DNA of 38,014 nucleotides from Acetobacteraceae bacterium. GTDB taxonomy: Bacteria > Pseudomonadota > Alphaproteobacteria > Acetobacterales > Acetobacteraceae. The notes under the pieces are model-generated. The model was given only the letters and a program-made list of their open reading frames with translations, did no database searches and was not told the origin of the DNA. The position numbers were made by a program, and so were the translations under genes. Location: positions 1-38,014 of the forward strand of contig JAYVXQ010000289.1 of assembly GCA_043785025.1 (NCBI GenBank), read 5' to 3'. The first letter of the stretch is position 1. Every line of letters begins with the position of its first letter. Below, in pieces: positions 36,954 through 38,014 of the stretch.

Positions 36954-38014
36954 ATGAACCGCCGAGATCTTTTTAAAATCGCCGCCGCCGCGGGTATGGC
37001 TGGCGCAGGCATCGCTTATCCGGGGCGGCGGGGTTTCGCCGCCGCATCGCGCACCTTCGACCTCAACGTGGAGGCGGCCCGCATTACCGTGGACGGCACA
37101 ACGTCCGCGGCACTCGCGATCGGCGGTTCCGTGCCCGGCCCGGTGATGCGCTGGCGCGAAGGGGAGGAGGTGGTGATCCGGGTCACCAATCGGCTTCGCG
37201 AGCCAACCTCGATCCATTGGCACGGATTGTTGCTCGCGGGCGTCATGGACGGAGCACCCGGATTTAACGGCTTTGTCGCCATCGGTCCGGGCGATACTTA
37301 CACCTATCGGTTTGTCCTACGCCAGGCTGGCACGTATTGGTACCACAGCCATTCCGGCGGCCAGGAACAGGCCGGTATGTATGGAGCGATTGTCATCGAG
37401 CCAGCGATGGGTGAAAAAATCGCCACTCAGCGCGACTACGTCGTGTTGCTGTCTGATCATACCACCGAGCATCCGGATACGATCTTACGGAGGCTCAAGG
37501 CGAATAACGATATTTATGTGAAAGCACCACGCACGATCCTGGATTTCTTCCGCGATTCGGCGCGCGATGGCCTTGGCCCGACGATCGAGGACCGGAAGAT
37601 GTGGGGTAACATGCGGATGTCGCCGACCGACCTCTCGGATGTGACAGGCTATCAATTCCTGATGAACGGTAAGGGCGCCGGGGACAATTGGACCGGGTTG
37701 TTTAAGCCGGGTGAACGGATGAGGCTCCGCTTTATCAACGGTTCGGCCATGACGTTCTTCGATGTACGAATTCCGGACCTGAAGATGACGGTGATCGCCG
37801 CCGATGGCCAGGATGTCGTTCCAGTCCCGGTCGATGAATTCCGCATGGGTATCGGCGAAACCTATGATGTCCTCGTCGTGCCCGGTGCGGACCGCGCCTA
37901 CACGGTGATGGCGGAACCAATTGACCGATCCGGATATGTGCGCGGCACCCTTGCCCCCCGTGAAGGCATGCAGGCGGAGGTCCCGAAATTGCGACCGCGT
38001 GCCTTGCTGACCAT
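36954..38014 (+). CDS. copA: CopA-family multicopper oxidase (truncated at right edge), Tat signal
   Basis: Not in ORF track. GGAGG RBS; MNRRDLFK; 'GSVPGPVMRWREGE', 'TSIHWHG', 'GTYWYHSHS..QEQ.G.YG', 'MWGNMRMSPTDLSDVTGY', 'RFINGSAMTFFDVRIP'. Confidence 0.93.
   Translation, partial: MNRRDLFKIAAAAGMAGAGIAYPGRRGFAAASRTFDLNVEAARITVDGTTSAALAIGGSVPGPVMRWREGEEVVIRVTNRLREPTSIHWHGLLLAGVMDGAPGFNGFVAIGPGDTYTYRFVLRQAGTYWYHSHSGGQEQAGMYGAIVIEPAMGEKIATQRDYVVLLSDHTTEHPDTILRRLKANNDIYVKAPRTILDFFRDSARDGLGPTIEDRKMWGNMRMSPTDLSDVTGYQFLMNGKGAGDNWTGLFKPGERMRLRFINGSAMTFFDVRIPDLKMTVIAADGQDVVPVPVDEFRMGIGETYDVLVVPGADRAYTVMAEPIDRSGYVRGTLAPREGMQAEVPKLRPRALLT

Overview
High-GC alphaproteobacterial DNA; an Acetobacteraceae/Rhodospirillales-like origin is inferred only from gene content and style. 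Bases 1-21716 are a rearranged Xanthomonas-Xps-style type II secretion system (T2SS). It has gspE-F-H-L-M-N/C-D on the minus strand (the lipoprotein secretin runs off the left edge), two convergent gspI-J-K cassettes, and gspO plus gspG at the right end. Embedded inside it are a Tat-exported IorAB-type molybdoenzyme, a PEP-CTERM protein between the two IJK cassettes, and a DUF4331-TPR-3xHupE/UreJ operon. The PEP-CTERM gene and the DUF4331 operon share an exact TGCATCCA-N15-CGTA ECF-type promoter motif. The predicted mature DUF4331 N-terminus is an ATCUN (Ser-Ser-His) Cu/Ni motif. Together these suggest a specialised, co-regulated T2SS with surface-protein and metal-uptake cargo, which is the best candidate for an undescribed system. 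To the right are a MATE pump, a 2-hydroxyacid dehydrogenase, an SHS-type MFS transporter, an HpcH aldolase, a GST, a large CheB-CheR-PAS-HK-REC-REC-LuxR hybrid, a Zn alcohol dehydrogenase and an ISAs1 relic. The window ends in the start of a copper locus (Met/His-rich peptide, lipoprotein, cupredoxin, CopA-type multicopper oxidase) with a duplicated 54-bp upstream element. Small-scale structure includes 15-bp tandem arrays that re-copy gene ends and stop codons, a three-copy cGGAg-loop REP-like hairpin, a BRU-RS-like palindrome and a DUF2442 relic. All family calls come from motif recognition by eye; no searches were run.
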